A DNA stretch of 64,000 nt from an uncultured archaeon (GTDB taxonomy: Archaea; Thermoproteota; Nitrososphaeria; Nitrososphaerales; Gagatemarchaeaceae), in contig CAWCYD010000003.1 in the NCBI GenBank assembly GCA_963799775.1, positions 1,952,001 through 2,016,000 on the forward strand, read 5' to 3'. A model generated the notes under the pieces. The model was not told the DNA's origin, made no database searches, and was given only the letters and a program-made list of their open reading frames with translations. Within the stretch, counting starts at the first letter, position 1; each line of letters opens with the position of its first letter. This document shows positions 11,263-18,902 of this stretch, in pieces. Made by a program: the position numbers and the translations under genes.

Positions 11263-12111
11263 ATGGCAAAGAACATCTTCGCCGAGGTGGAGAAGCAGGC
11301 CGACGCGGCGAGCGCCTCGAGGGCATCGTGGCGCGGGTCCTGAGCCTGAACATCCCTACCCTGGGGCTCGGAGCGGTCGAGTACCACATGCGCGCGGCGA
11401 AGGCCCACAGCGACCTCAAGCCGGTCCATTACATCAAAGTGGACAAAAAGTCCGGCAAGGAGGTGGTCCCCCGCGAGGTCCCGAGGATGTACCGCTACAA
11501 GATGGGGCCCCAGCGGCGAGCGTGTCGACATGGAGGAGATCTCGCCAGACGAGGCGAAGAAGAAGGTGAGGTTCGACGGCAAGTGGCTAGTCTCGGTCCG
11601 CACGGAGAAGAGATACTTCCTGAAGCAGGAGCTTGAGGCCTCAGGCCAGTGGATAGAGATTCCCGTCAATCAGGTGATAGACAAGCAGGACGGCGAGGAG
11701 ATAGAGCCCTTCGACAGGACCGTCAGGGTCGAGGTCGACAAGGACGGTTTCGTCCCCCTGGAGAGGCTGGGGGAGTACAAGATGAAGGAGGTCTACCAGC
11801 TGGGGCCGGACACGGACAAGAAGGTGAAGGAGACCGTGTCAAGGGTAAAGCAGCTCGCACGCTATCTCCTCGAGAAGCAGACCGCATTGGTGGCCTTCTT
11901 CTCCTGGGGCAGAGGGTATCAGTTCTACACCGCTGTCATCTATCCTTACGAGAGGAAAGACGGGACGCTCTGGCTCCTCATGGGGATGAGCGAGGGAATC
12001 CTGCAGCTGGACGAGGCCTGGGCGCTCGAGTCGGAGGAGGAGAAGAAGGGGAAGCTGGCCCCTGTCCCGACCGCGACCAGGAAGAAGCCCAAGGTCAGCA
12101 TCTCAAAGTGA
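11263..12111 (+). CDS. ku: Divergent Ku (DNA end-binding) protein, ~282 aa after repairing two compensating indels (~11337, ~11510)
   Basis: N-terminal RASWRG(V)LSL resembles Ku RxxWKGxISF; FVPLERLGEYKMKEVYQLGPD and LARYLLEKQTALVAFFSW...TAVIYP...LLM resemble the Ku core FVxxxEIDPIYFEKPYYLxPD...LLxxAL...xAIAxFV; directly upstream of a DNA ligase. Confidence 0.7.
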
Positions 12112-12136
12112 TCCAAAAGGAACTGATCGCGCTTCA

Positions 12137-12964
12137 ATGAGCGACGAGCTCTCGAATTACGTCCTCGAGAACTTCGCGCACGCGGTCAAGATGCCGCTCG
12201 CCGATTGGTTGTTGAAGAACGAGCTACCCGCTCTGGCCGAGCCGAAGCTCGACGGCATCAGGGTCTTCCTCTTCAAGAGCGGAGAGAAGCTGATAATCTC
12301 GAGCAAGCGCGGCGAGCTCTACACTCCGAAGAGTAGCCCGAAGGTCTTCTCGACCGTCCCCGAGTTCGTCCACGCGCCCCATAGGATGATCTTGGACGGT
12401 GAATACTTGGCAAAGAAGGGTCTCTTCTTGTTCGACGTCCTCCAAGTCGACGACAGGGACGTGCGCTCCATGCCCCTCACCGAGAGGAAGAAGATTCTCC
12501 ACGAGATCCTGAGAGGCAACAACCTAGAGGTGAAGACGAAGCTCGCGAAGACCACAGAGCAGATTTTGGACCTGAAAGAGAGGTTCATCAAGAAAGGCGA
12601 GGAGGGGATGATGCTCAAGAACCCTACCTCCACCTACGGGCAGCCCAACTCCTGGCTGAAGCTGAAGAGGTTCGACACGATAGACTGCTTCGTCAATGCG
12701 TACGAGGAGACACAGGAGATGAAGAGGACGGGGGTCCCCAGGTCATGGTTCCTAGCGGTTTACGATGACAATGGGCAGAGGGTCGAGATAGGCAAGGTGG
12801 GCGCGTTCCTGGAGAGGGTGAAGCCCCAGGACGTCACCATTGGATCTGTCGTCGAGGTCCGGTTCACCCAGGTCACGGAGGACATGAAGCTCCGCGGGGC
12901 CTTCATCATCCGGGTCAGACACGACAAGACGCCCAGCGAGTGCCTCCTCTCCCAGTTGAAGTGA
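12137..12964 (+). CDS. Minimal ATP-dependent DNA ligase (adenylation + OB domains)
   Basis: Motifs I EPKLDGIR, III ILDGEY, IIIa FLFDVL, IV EEGMMLK, V WLKLK, VI RVRHDK. Confidence 0.92.
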   Translation: MSDELSNYVLENFAHAVKMPLADWLLKNELPALAEPKLDGIRVFLFKSGEKLIISSKRGELYTPKSSPKVFSTVPEFVHAPHRMILDGEYLAKKGLFLFDVLQVDDRDVRSMPLTERKKILHEILRGNNLEVKTKLAKTTEQILDLKERFIKKGEEGMMLKNPTSTYGQPNSWLKLKRFDTIDCFVNAYEETQEMKRTGVPRSWFLAVYDDNGQRVEIGKVGAFLERVKPQDVTIGSVVEVRFTQVTEDMKLRGAFIIRVRHDKTPSECLLSQLK

Positions 12965-13503
12965 CCTTGGCCTACAAGAAGGACCTCGACCCCAAGTTCG
13001 CGAAGAAGATCGCAGACGACTTTCAGAAGAGGACCAATGACCTTTGCAAAAGAATCGACCTCGCGGGGAGCCTGAGAAGGCAAGCGCGTGTCGTGCACGA
13101 CATCGACTTCGCGGTCATCCCCAAGGGCGAGTTCGCAAAGTGGAAGGCGAAGGTCGAGGAGCGTCTTGGGGAGATAGGCGCCAGGGAGATCAACTTCGGC
13201 GAGGTGATAGCAGGCTTCCTCTACAAGGGCGTGCAGATCAACTACTTCATCTGCCCGAGCGAAGATTCTTGGGGCGTGACGTACATGTGGGCCACGGGCC
13301 CCAAGGGGCACACGATAGGCATGACAATAAAGGCACGGAACAAGGGACTGCTCATCAACTCGCAGGGGATTTGGACGCGAGAGACTCCTCCGACCTTGAT
13401 ACCAGCGAGGACGGAGCACGACGTGGCGAGGATCCTCGCTTGGAAGTACAAGCCTCCGGAGACGCGCGGGATTGACGTGAAGGAGAAACGTGCGTTCTAC
13501 TAG
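12961..13503 (+). CDS. polX: Minimal family X DNA polymerase (palm + thumb only, ASFV PolX-like size)
   Basis: AGSLRR...HDIDF, WATGPKGH, GLLINSQGIW, TEHDVARILAWKYKPPETR; GTG start overlaps ligase TGA (GTGA). Confidence 0.85.
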   Translation: MTLAYKKDLDPKFAKKIADDFQKRTNDLCKRIDLAGSLRRQARVVHDIDFAVIPKGEFAKWKAKVEERLGEIGAREINFGEVIAGFLYKGVQINYFICPSEDSWGVTYMWATGPKGHTIGMTIKARNKGLLINSQGIWTRETPPTLIPARTEHDVARILAWKYKPPETRGIDVKEKRAFY

Positions 13504-13515
13504 GCGAGCAGGCGC

Positions 13516-13710
13516 TCACCAGATCGTCATGAGCTTGCTCACTTTCTGGGTCGTCTTCTCCCAGTACTTGTAGTAGCACTCGGCGCAGAGCGTCGGTTCG
13601 CTTCTGGCGGCGGGCTGCCCGCACCACTCGCAGGACTTGGCCAAGGCCCTATGGGAGGGGTGGCACTGGGTTATCTCCCTTTTGGAACCTTCTACTTGTG
13701 AAACACTCAT
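13516..13710 (-). CDS. Small zinc-finger protein
   Basis: CEWC...CAEC pair. Confidence 0.55.
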   Translation of the reverse strand: MSVSQVEGSKREITQCHPSHRALAKSCEWCGQPAARSEPTLCAECYYKYWEKTTQKVSKLMTIW

Positions 13711-13755
13711 CTGGAACTTCACTCCTCTGGCGTCTCAGGGTGTTGTGCTTTGAGC

Positions 13756-13893
13756 ATGATATACCCGGTTCGACTCGAGGGATTCAGGCTAAGCAGGGTC
13801 TGCAAGAAATGCGGCGCAAGAGTGACAGGGACCGACCCCACGAATCCACAGCTGAACTTCGCAGCCCATAGCAAGCTCCACCAGCCAGACTGA
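13756..13893 (+). CDS. Unannotated 45-aa C2H2-like zinc-finger microprotein
   Basis: Manual translation MIYPVRLEGFRLSRVCKKCGARVTGTDPTNPQLNFAAHSKLHQPD. Confidence 0.45.
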   Translation: MIYPVRLEGFRLSRVCKKCGARVTGTDPTNPQLNFAAHSKLHQPD

Positions 13894-13921
13894 CTCTTGG
13901 GCTGAGCTTGTTCTCCTGCAT

Positions 13922-14413
13922 CTATTTGATGATGCCGCCCTCGCCGAGGAAGACAGAGACCGTCGTCCCGTCTGTCAGAAAGACGACGACTTGGCCTTCC
14001 GTCGGAGGCCGTAAGCTGCATCCAATGTCCGGCGGACAGTGCTCCATCGGGACCAGAGGAACGCTCGCTGTCACCTGGATGTCATTCCCAGACATCCTTA
14101 CATTGGTCGTGGCAGACGTATCATTGATCTGCACCGACTTTACCAGAGACGCCGTCGCAGTGTAGCCAGGCTTGGGGTCGAGCACGACGGTGCACGAGAA
14201 CGAACCGCCGGCTGCGCAGCGGCTGCTGATATCCACTGTGAGGTTCTTGTTGGGCGTGGTCGGCAGAAGTGCTATCGCTATTCCCACAGCCAGGATGACG
14301 ACGACCACGGCAGCAACGATCCTGAGCCTCTTCCTCCGCTGTGCGGCTCTCGCCCTGTCCTCTGGCGTGTCGCCTATCATCGTCGGCTCGTCGATAGGCT
14401 GGTCGAGCGACAT
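13922..14413 (-). CDS. Membrane-anchored small secreted protein, tandem copy 2
   Basis: Basic stretch + TM + four-Cys beta domain; paralog of 14424..14918. Confidence 0.75.
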   Translation of the reverse strand: MSLDQPIDEPTMIGDTPEDRARAAQRRKRLRIVAAVVVVILAVGIAIALLPTTPNKNLTVDISSRCAAGGSFSCTVVLDPKPGYTATASLVKSVQINDTSATTNVRMSGNDIQVTASVPLVPMEHCPPDIGCSLRPPTEGQVVVFLTDGTTVSVFLGEGGIIK

Positions 14414-14423
14414 CAGCCAGTCC

Positions 14424-14918
14424 TCACTCTCCGTTCGTTACGCCTAGCAATGCGGAGACAGTCGTCCCATCTGTCATAAAGACGGTGATTTGTGCGTGTG
14501 TCGGGGGCGGCTGGCTGCACCCGATGTCAGGCAGACAGTGTGACTCCGCGACAAGTGGGACGCTCGCCCCGATCTGAATTTCACTGCCGGCCATCTTCAC
14601 CGTAGAGGTGGTGGTGTCTGTCCCGTTTATCTGCACCGACTTTACCAGAGACGCCGTCGCAGTGTAGCCAGGCTTGGGGTCGAGAAAGACATTGCATGAC
14701 AGCGAACCGCCGGCTGCGCAGCGGCTATTCGCGAAGTCCACCGTGAAGTTCTTGCTGGGTGTGGTCGGGATTAAGGCGACAACGATTCCCACAGCCAGGA
14801 TGACGACGACCACGGCAGCAACGATCCTGAGCCTCTTCCTCCGCTGTGCGGCTCTCGCCCTGTCCTCTGGCGTGTCGCCTATCATCGTCGGCTCGTCGAT
14901 AGGCTGGTCGAGCGACAT
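14424..14918 (-). CDS. Membrane-anchored small secreted protein, tandem copy 1
   Basis: N-terminal ~45 aa identical to 13922..14413; TTATGA/ATAAG box upstream. Confidence 0.75.
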   Translation of the reverse strand: MSLDQPIDEPTMIGDTPEDRARAAQRRKRLRIVAAVVVVILAVGIVVALIPTTPSKNFTVDFANSRCAAGGSLSCNVFLDPKPGYTATASLVKSVQINGTDTTTSTVKMAGSEIQIGASVPLVAESHCLPDIGCSQPPPTHAQITVFMTDGTTVSALLGVTNGE

Positions 14919-14994
14919 CAGCCTGGTGTCGCAACACCCTCACTTATGAGTTCTTGGTTAGGATTATTCTTACCTTAGAGGTGACAGGTCAACG

Positions 14995-15212
14995 TCAACC
15001 CAGCAAGTAATTGGCGATGTCGTCGGGGTCGATTACGTCGATCTCCGCCACGGTCTCCTCGAGCTGTGCAAGCTCGATCGCGACCTCCCTGGTCATCGTC
15101 TTCCCCGACGCGTCCTTGTATGTCACCACCGATTTCTTGGGTCCTTGGTCGACTCGGCCATCGAGACGTACTCCAGACCCTTCGCCTTGAAAGAAGCTCT
15201 GATGTCCCCCAT
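14995..15212 (-). CDS. Small hypothetical protein (frameshift near ~15135)
   Basis: MGDIRASFKAKGLEYVSMAESTKDP joins KKSVVTYKDASGK...ANYLLG. Confidence 0.5.
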
Positions 15213-15288
15213 GAGTGTCAATTCTGCTACCTCGCCAGACGGTGCCGGGCTCCGTCCCTATTAACACTCACAGGACTACGGAAGGGCC

Positions 15289-15585
15289 CTACAGGGGACG
15301 GGCGAAGTCTTTCGTCGTGACGTCGTACGTCTTGCCGTACGTCCTGGTCTCCCCCTTTGCCAGGATGGTGACCGTAATCCTTCCCTCCAAGAGGCTGACG
15401 AGCTCGTAGACCGCGCCGCACTTCGGGCAAGGGAACTTCTTGCCTGCCTCCTTCTCGAAGTTGTTCAGAGCTATCTTGGTCGTGAAGTTGCTGGAGCACT
15501 CCGCGCACACCAATTTGGCCTCCTGTCCGGACCCTGAGGCTTTCTGCGGCTTGGCCCGCTTGGATAGTTTCGACTTGCTCGGCAA
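15289..15585 (-). CDS. Zinc-ribbon protein
   Basis: CAEC...CPKCG; ATAAATA box upstream on minus strand. Confidence 0.7.
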   Translation of the reverse strand: MPSKSKLSKRAKPQKASGSGQEAKLVCAECSSNFTTKIALNNFEKEAGKKFPCPKCGAVYELVSLLEGRITVTILAKGETRTYGKTYDVTTKDFARPL

Positions 15586-15759
15586 TCCGGCGCTCGGACT
15601 CTGGTGCCGCGTATTTATTCGATGCGCCGTCTCGCACCCTTCTTGCGGCCCGGGTCAAGTCCCTCGGCAAATCGAAGCTATGTCCTATGGCATGTTTCGG
15701 AGTCGGTCGAGGCTCAATCGGATGGAAGCGGCCGCGGTGAGGTATTTCTTACCTACTTA

Positions 15760-15774
15760 GTAGTAACTTACTAC
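15760..15774. promoter_or_regulatory. Perfect inverted repeat, candidate operator of the dioxygenase-hydrolase operon
   Basis: GTAGTAA-C-TTACTAC immediately before TTATTAA box (~15780) and ATG 15812. Confidence 0.5.
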
Positions 15775-15811
15775 CGGACTTATTAACAAGCGCGCCCTAT
15801 TACCACTTGTC

Positions 15812-16881
15812 ATGTCGAAGGTCTCCGGTCTCATAAAGGGGCTGCATCACATCAGCCTGGTCACGTCCGACCAGGAAGCCAACCGGAGGTTCTACACGGA
15901 GGGTCCTTGGGCTGAGGCGCGTCAAGCTCACCGTGAACCAGGACGACCCAGTTCACCGGCATCTCTTCTACGCCGACGAGAGAGGGACGACAGGGACCGC
16001 GATCACCTTCTTCGAGTGGCCGGAGCTCCCACGTGGGAGCGTAGGTCTTGGGTCTCCGCACCATCTCTCCTATTCGGTCAAGAGCGTCGACGCGCTCCCA
16101 AAATGGATGGCGTGGCTGCGCGAGAACGGTGTTAGCGTGGCCGGCCCGTATCAGAGGCAGGGCCGCCTCTCGCTATACCTGCGCGACCCTGATGGCGTCC
16201 TCGTTGAGGTCACGGCCGCCAACCCCGAGAACGTCTCGGCCGACTATCTCACGCAGCAACTAAAGGACGCGAAGACGCCGCAATTCACCTCTGAGATGAA
16301 ACTTGTAAAATTCGACCACGCGTCCCCCCTCTCGAGCGAGTCCTTGGTAACGCACAAGTTCCACGAGAAGCTGCTCGGCATCGAGGGGTTCTCCGAGAGG
16401 CCCAATCCGGACCAGCCAGGGACGACCCTGGCAGAGGTGGGAACGAGCGATAACCCCGGGTTCCTGAGGTACCTGACCTCGCCGACCGCGCAGACAGGGA
16501 TGGTCGGGAGGGGCAACATACACCACATCGCCTTGGCCGTCGAAGAGGACGAGGACCAGCTGAGGATCAAGCGGAGCCTCGACGATGCGGGGATACACAA
16601 CTCGGGGATAATAGACCGGTTCTGGTTCAGGTCGCTCTACTTCAGAGACCCCGACTACAACCTCCTCGAGATCGCGACGAAGAAGCCAGGGTATGGCGTC
16701 GACGAGCCCGCCGACAAGCTCGGGCACCTCGCTCGTCCTGCCAAAGTGGTTGGAGGGGTCGCGCGGCAAGATAGAGGCGGCGCTGAGGGAGACCGACAGC
16801 AAGAACACGCGCAGCTGGCCTCCAAAATACGAGAAGGTCACCTCTCCTCCGGAGAGCATCCCCTACGGGCAGGTGTCCTGA
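15812..16881 (+). CDS. Ring-cleaving dioxygenase, VOC/glyoxalase family (MhqO-like; frameshifts ~15905, ~16725)
   Basis: GLHHISLV, TVNQDDP..HLFY, ITFFEWP, GNIHHIAL, IIDRFWFRSLYFRDP..LLEIAT..PG, LVLPKWLE. Confidence 0.88.
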
Positions 16882-17501
16882 TGGCGGACCTCGATTTCGT
16901 CCTCAAGTTCGTCCCGTCGACCGGCTCCAAAATGACCCTGCTCCTCCTCCACGGGACCGGGGGCAACGAGAACGACCTGATCCAGATGGGCAAGGAACTC
17001 TCGCCGAAGGCGGCGCTCTTGAGCCCACGCGGCAGGGTGCTCGAGAACGGCGCGCCGCGTTTCTTCAAGCGACTCGGTGAGGGGGTCTTCGACATAAACG
17101 ACCTCACCGAGCAGACGCACGCGCTGGCAAGGTTCATCGACCAGGCCTCGGAGGCCTACGGCTTCGACCGCGGGAGGGTGGTCGCCGTGGGCTACTCCAA
17201 CGGCGCCAACATCGCAGGGAGCCTGCTGATCCTCCACCCGGGCTCGCTTGCAGGCGCGGTCCTCTTCCGCCCGATGGTCCCCTTCGTTCCGCAGACCCTC
17301 CCAAACCTCTCGGGCAAGCCGATAATGATCCTGGCTGGGGCCCGCGACAGGATCGTCTCAGGTGCTGAGACAGTGAAGCTCACCGAGCTCCTCGACAAAG
17401 CTGGGGCGGACGTCACCCTCAGATGGGCCGAGGCTACCCACGCGTTGGCGATAGAGGAACTGATGGCGGCTAGGGAGTGGCTCGCGGCTAAGTTCCCATA
17501 A
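16881..17501 (+). CDS. Alpha/beta hydrolase (phospholipase/carboxylesterase, MhqD-like)
   Basis: LLLLHGTGGNENDL, RFFKR, GYSNGANIA; ATG overlaps upstream TGA. Confidence 0.9.
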   Translation: MADLDFVLKFVPSTGSKMTLLLLHGTGGNENDLIQMGKELSPKAALLSPRGRVLENGAPRFFKRLGEGVFDINDLTEQTHALARFIDQASEAYGFDRGRVVAVGYSNGANIAGSLLILHPGSLAGAVLFRPMVPFVPQTLPNLSGKPIMILAGARDRIVSGAETVKLTELLDKAGADVTLRWAEATHALAIEELMAAREWLAAKFP

Positions 17502-17504
17502 CGC

Positions 17505-17666
17505 TCAATGCCTCCCGTATCCCTTGCAGTGGCAGTCGATCATCTCGCCCTCGCACCCGCTGCAAAGAATCATAAAGGACCCGTCTCCAGCGTTGATGTC
17601 GACCAAGAGCTGTCTCTCGCAGAAGACGCAAACGTGCTTGGACGCAGGGACGGTCGCCACTACCAT
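17505..17666 (-). CDS. Unannotated 53-aa Cys-rich zinc-finger microprotein
   Basis: Manual translation MVVATVPASKHVCVFCERQLLVDINAGDGSFMILCSGCEGEMIDCHCKGYGRH. Confidence 0.5.
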   Translation of the reverse strand: MVVATVPASKHVCVFCERQLLVDINAGDGSFMILCSGCEGEMIDCHCKGYGRH

Positions 17667-17798
17667 CCCTTCGCCTTCACCCTCATGCAGCGCGACTGAC
17701 GAAAAAAGACACAGATAACCGAGCGGAATCCCGGGACCGTAGCGAAGAGATGAGAGACGATTACAGAAGATGGTTACACTGCTCCCCGTTCAGAAGGC

Positions 17799-18842
17799 CT
17801 ACCTGATTCCAGTGTCTATCGTGACGTTGAGCTGCGTCGTCTGGTTCGCCACTATCGTGAAGCTCTTGGGAAGGGAGGAGCTGCAGCCAGGGAATTGGCA
17901 TGGAGAGAGGCTCAGGGAGTAGTTGCCCGGAAACAGAGACGCCTGGAAGGTCCCTGAGACATTGCAACCATCCGAGACCCAAGAGACCACATAATGCGTC
18001 TGACCTTCTCCAAGGGGTGGTGTAAGGACCGCTTGAATCGAAGAGTACTGAGATGGAGCGGGGCCCATGGAAGAGCTGGCGCTGCACACAGGCTGCGTCG
18101 GCCCGACGTCGAAGGCCGCCAACAATGTCCCGGTTGCGCTTGAACCGGCGATTGTGGTAGTGACCGTCAGCGAACCATTCGCACCCATCACAAAGTGAAG
18201 AAGGACGAGGGATCCCCACTCATCGCCCGCCGCGACCGTGTACGGGCCCGGCTGCAAGGGCGTGGGTGAGGTCGTCGACCCTACGCTGACCCCGCTCGGA
18301 TACAGGGATGTCACGTTGACCTTGGCCGCAATCGCGACGGAGGTCGCGTTGCTTCCGCCAGGAAGGATGACCGCAAGGTCGCTCGTGGGCTGAAAGAGAT
18401 ACCCAGTGACGAGCCTGAGGAACAACGGGCACGGGACGACAGGGAAGATCCGGAGCTGTTGGCCTCCGGAGACGTTCTGGGTGATGTACGTCCCGCGATA
18501 CATCGCCACGCCGAACGGGAGGTCACCTGTCCCACAGGCTCCCATGGAGAGCCCGGTGACAGGCCAATCTGTTGAAGCGGAGGCGTTGTTCAGGCCTTGT
18601 AGCGAGTTGTATTCGTCCACGTAGATCCCCAGAGTCCCGTTAGGAGCGGGGTTCACGGAGAGCTCGAGCTTCAGCGAGCCACTGGCGTTGCTCTCGACGC
18701 TCGCCGTGCTCGTCGAAGTGCTCGAGGACTGCGCAGTCCGCGTGCTCGTGGTCTGACCAGGCTGCGCCGTGATCAGAAAAGCGGCCGCCAGCAAGCCTGC
18801 GACTACAACGACAGAGGCGACGACAGCTAGGCGCGCGTTCAC
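17799..18842 (-). CDS. Membrane-anchored secreted protein, AGDEWG family, with extra C-terminal domain
   Basis: Signal anchor; CPLFLRLVTGYLFQPTSD; GPYTVAAGDEWG; C-terminal GPTQPVC...IDTGIR domain. Confidence 0.8.
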   Translation of the reverse strand: MNARLAVVASVVVVAGLLAAAFLITAQPGQTTSTRTAQSSSTSTSTASVESNASGSLKLELSVNPAPNGTLGIYVDEYNSLQGLNNASASTDWPVTGLSMGACGTGDLPFGVAMYRGTYITQNVSGGQQLRIFPVVPCPLFLRLVTGYLFQPTSDLAVILPGGSNATSVAIAAKVNVTSLYPSGVSVGSTTSPTPLQPGPYTVAAGDEWGSLVLLHFVMGANGSLTVTTTIAGSSATGTLLAAFDVGPTQPVCSASSSMGPAPSQYSSIQAVLTPPLGEGQTHYVVSWVSDGCNVSGTFQASLFPGNYSLSLSPCQFPGCSSSLPKSFTIVANQTTQLNVTIDTGIR

Positions 18843-18902
18843 GGTCCTTCGTAGCCAAGATTAGTCGGGGGAGTTATAATCCTAGGCTCCAGAACGACCC
18901 TA

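Larger units (their letters stand above)
13922..14923. repeat. Tandem gene duplication (~500-bp unit)
   Basis: Identical blocks ~14280-14418 = ~14785-14923 and ~14127-14182 = ~14629-14684, separated by diverged blocks. Confidence 0.9.

Noticed and set aside
11263-13503. Ku-ligase-PolX as part of a provirus
   Set aside because: Composition matches the host, flanks are ordinary cellular genes, and no viral structural, packaging or integrase genes are nearby.
13922-14923. Diversity-generating retroelement TR/VR pair
   Set aside because: Differences are not adenine-specific, include indels, both copies are full genes, and no reverse transcriptase is present.
15933-17501. Apparent 522-aa dioxygenase-esterase fusion
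   Set aside because: An indel near 16725 joins two frames; the real dioxygenase tail ends at TGA 16879-16881, overlapping the hydrolase ATG.
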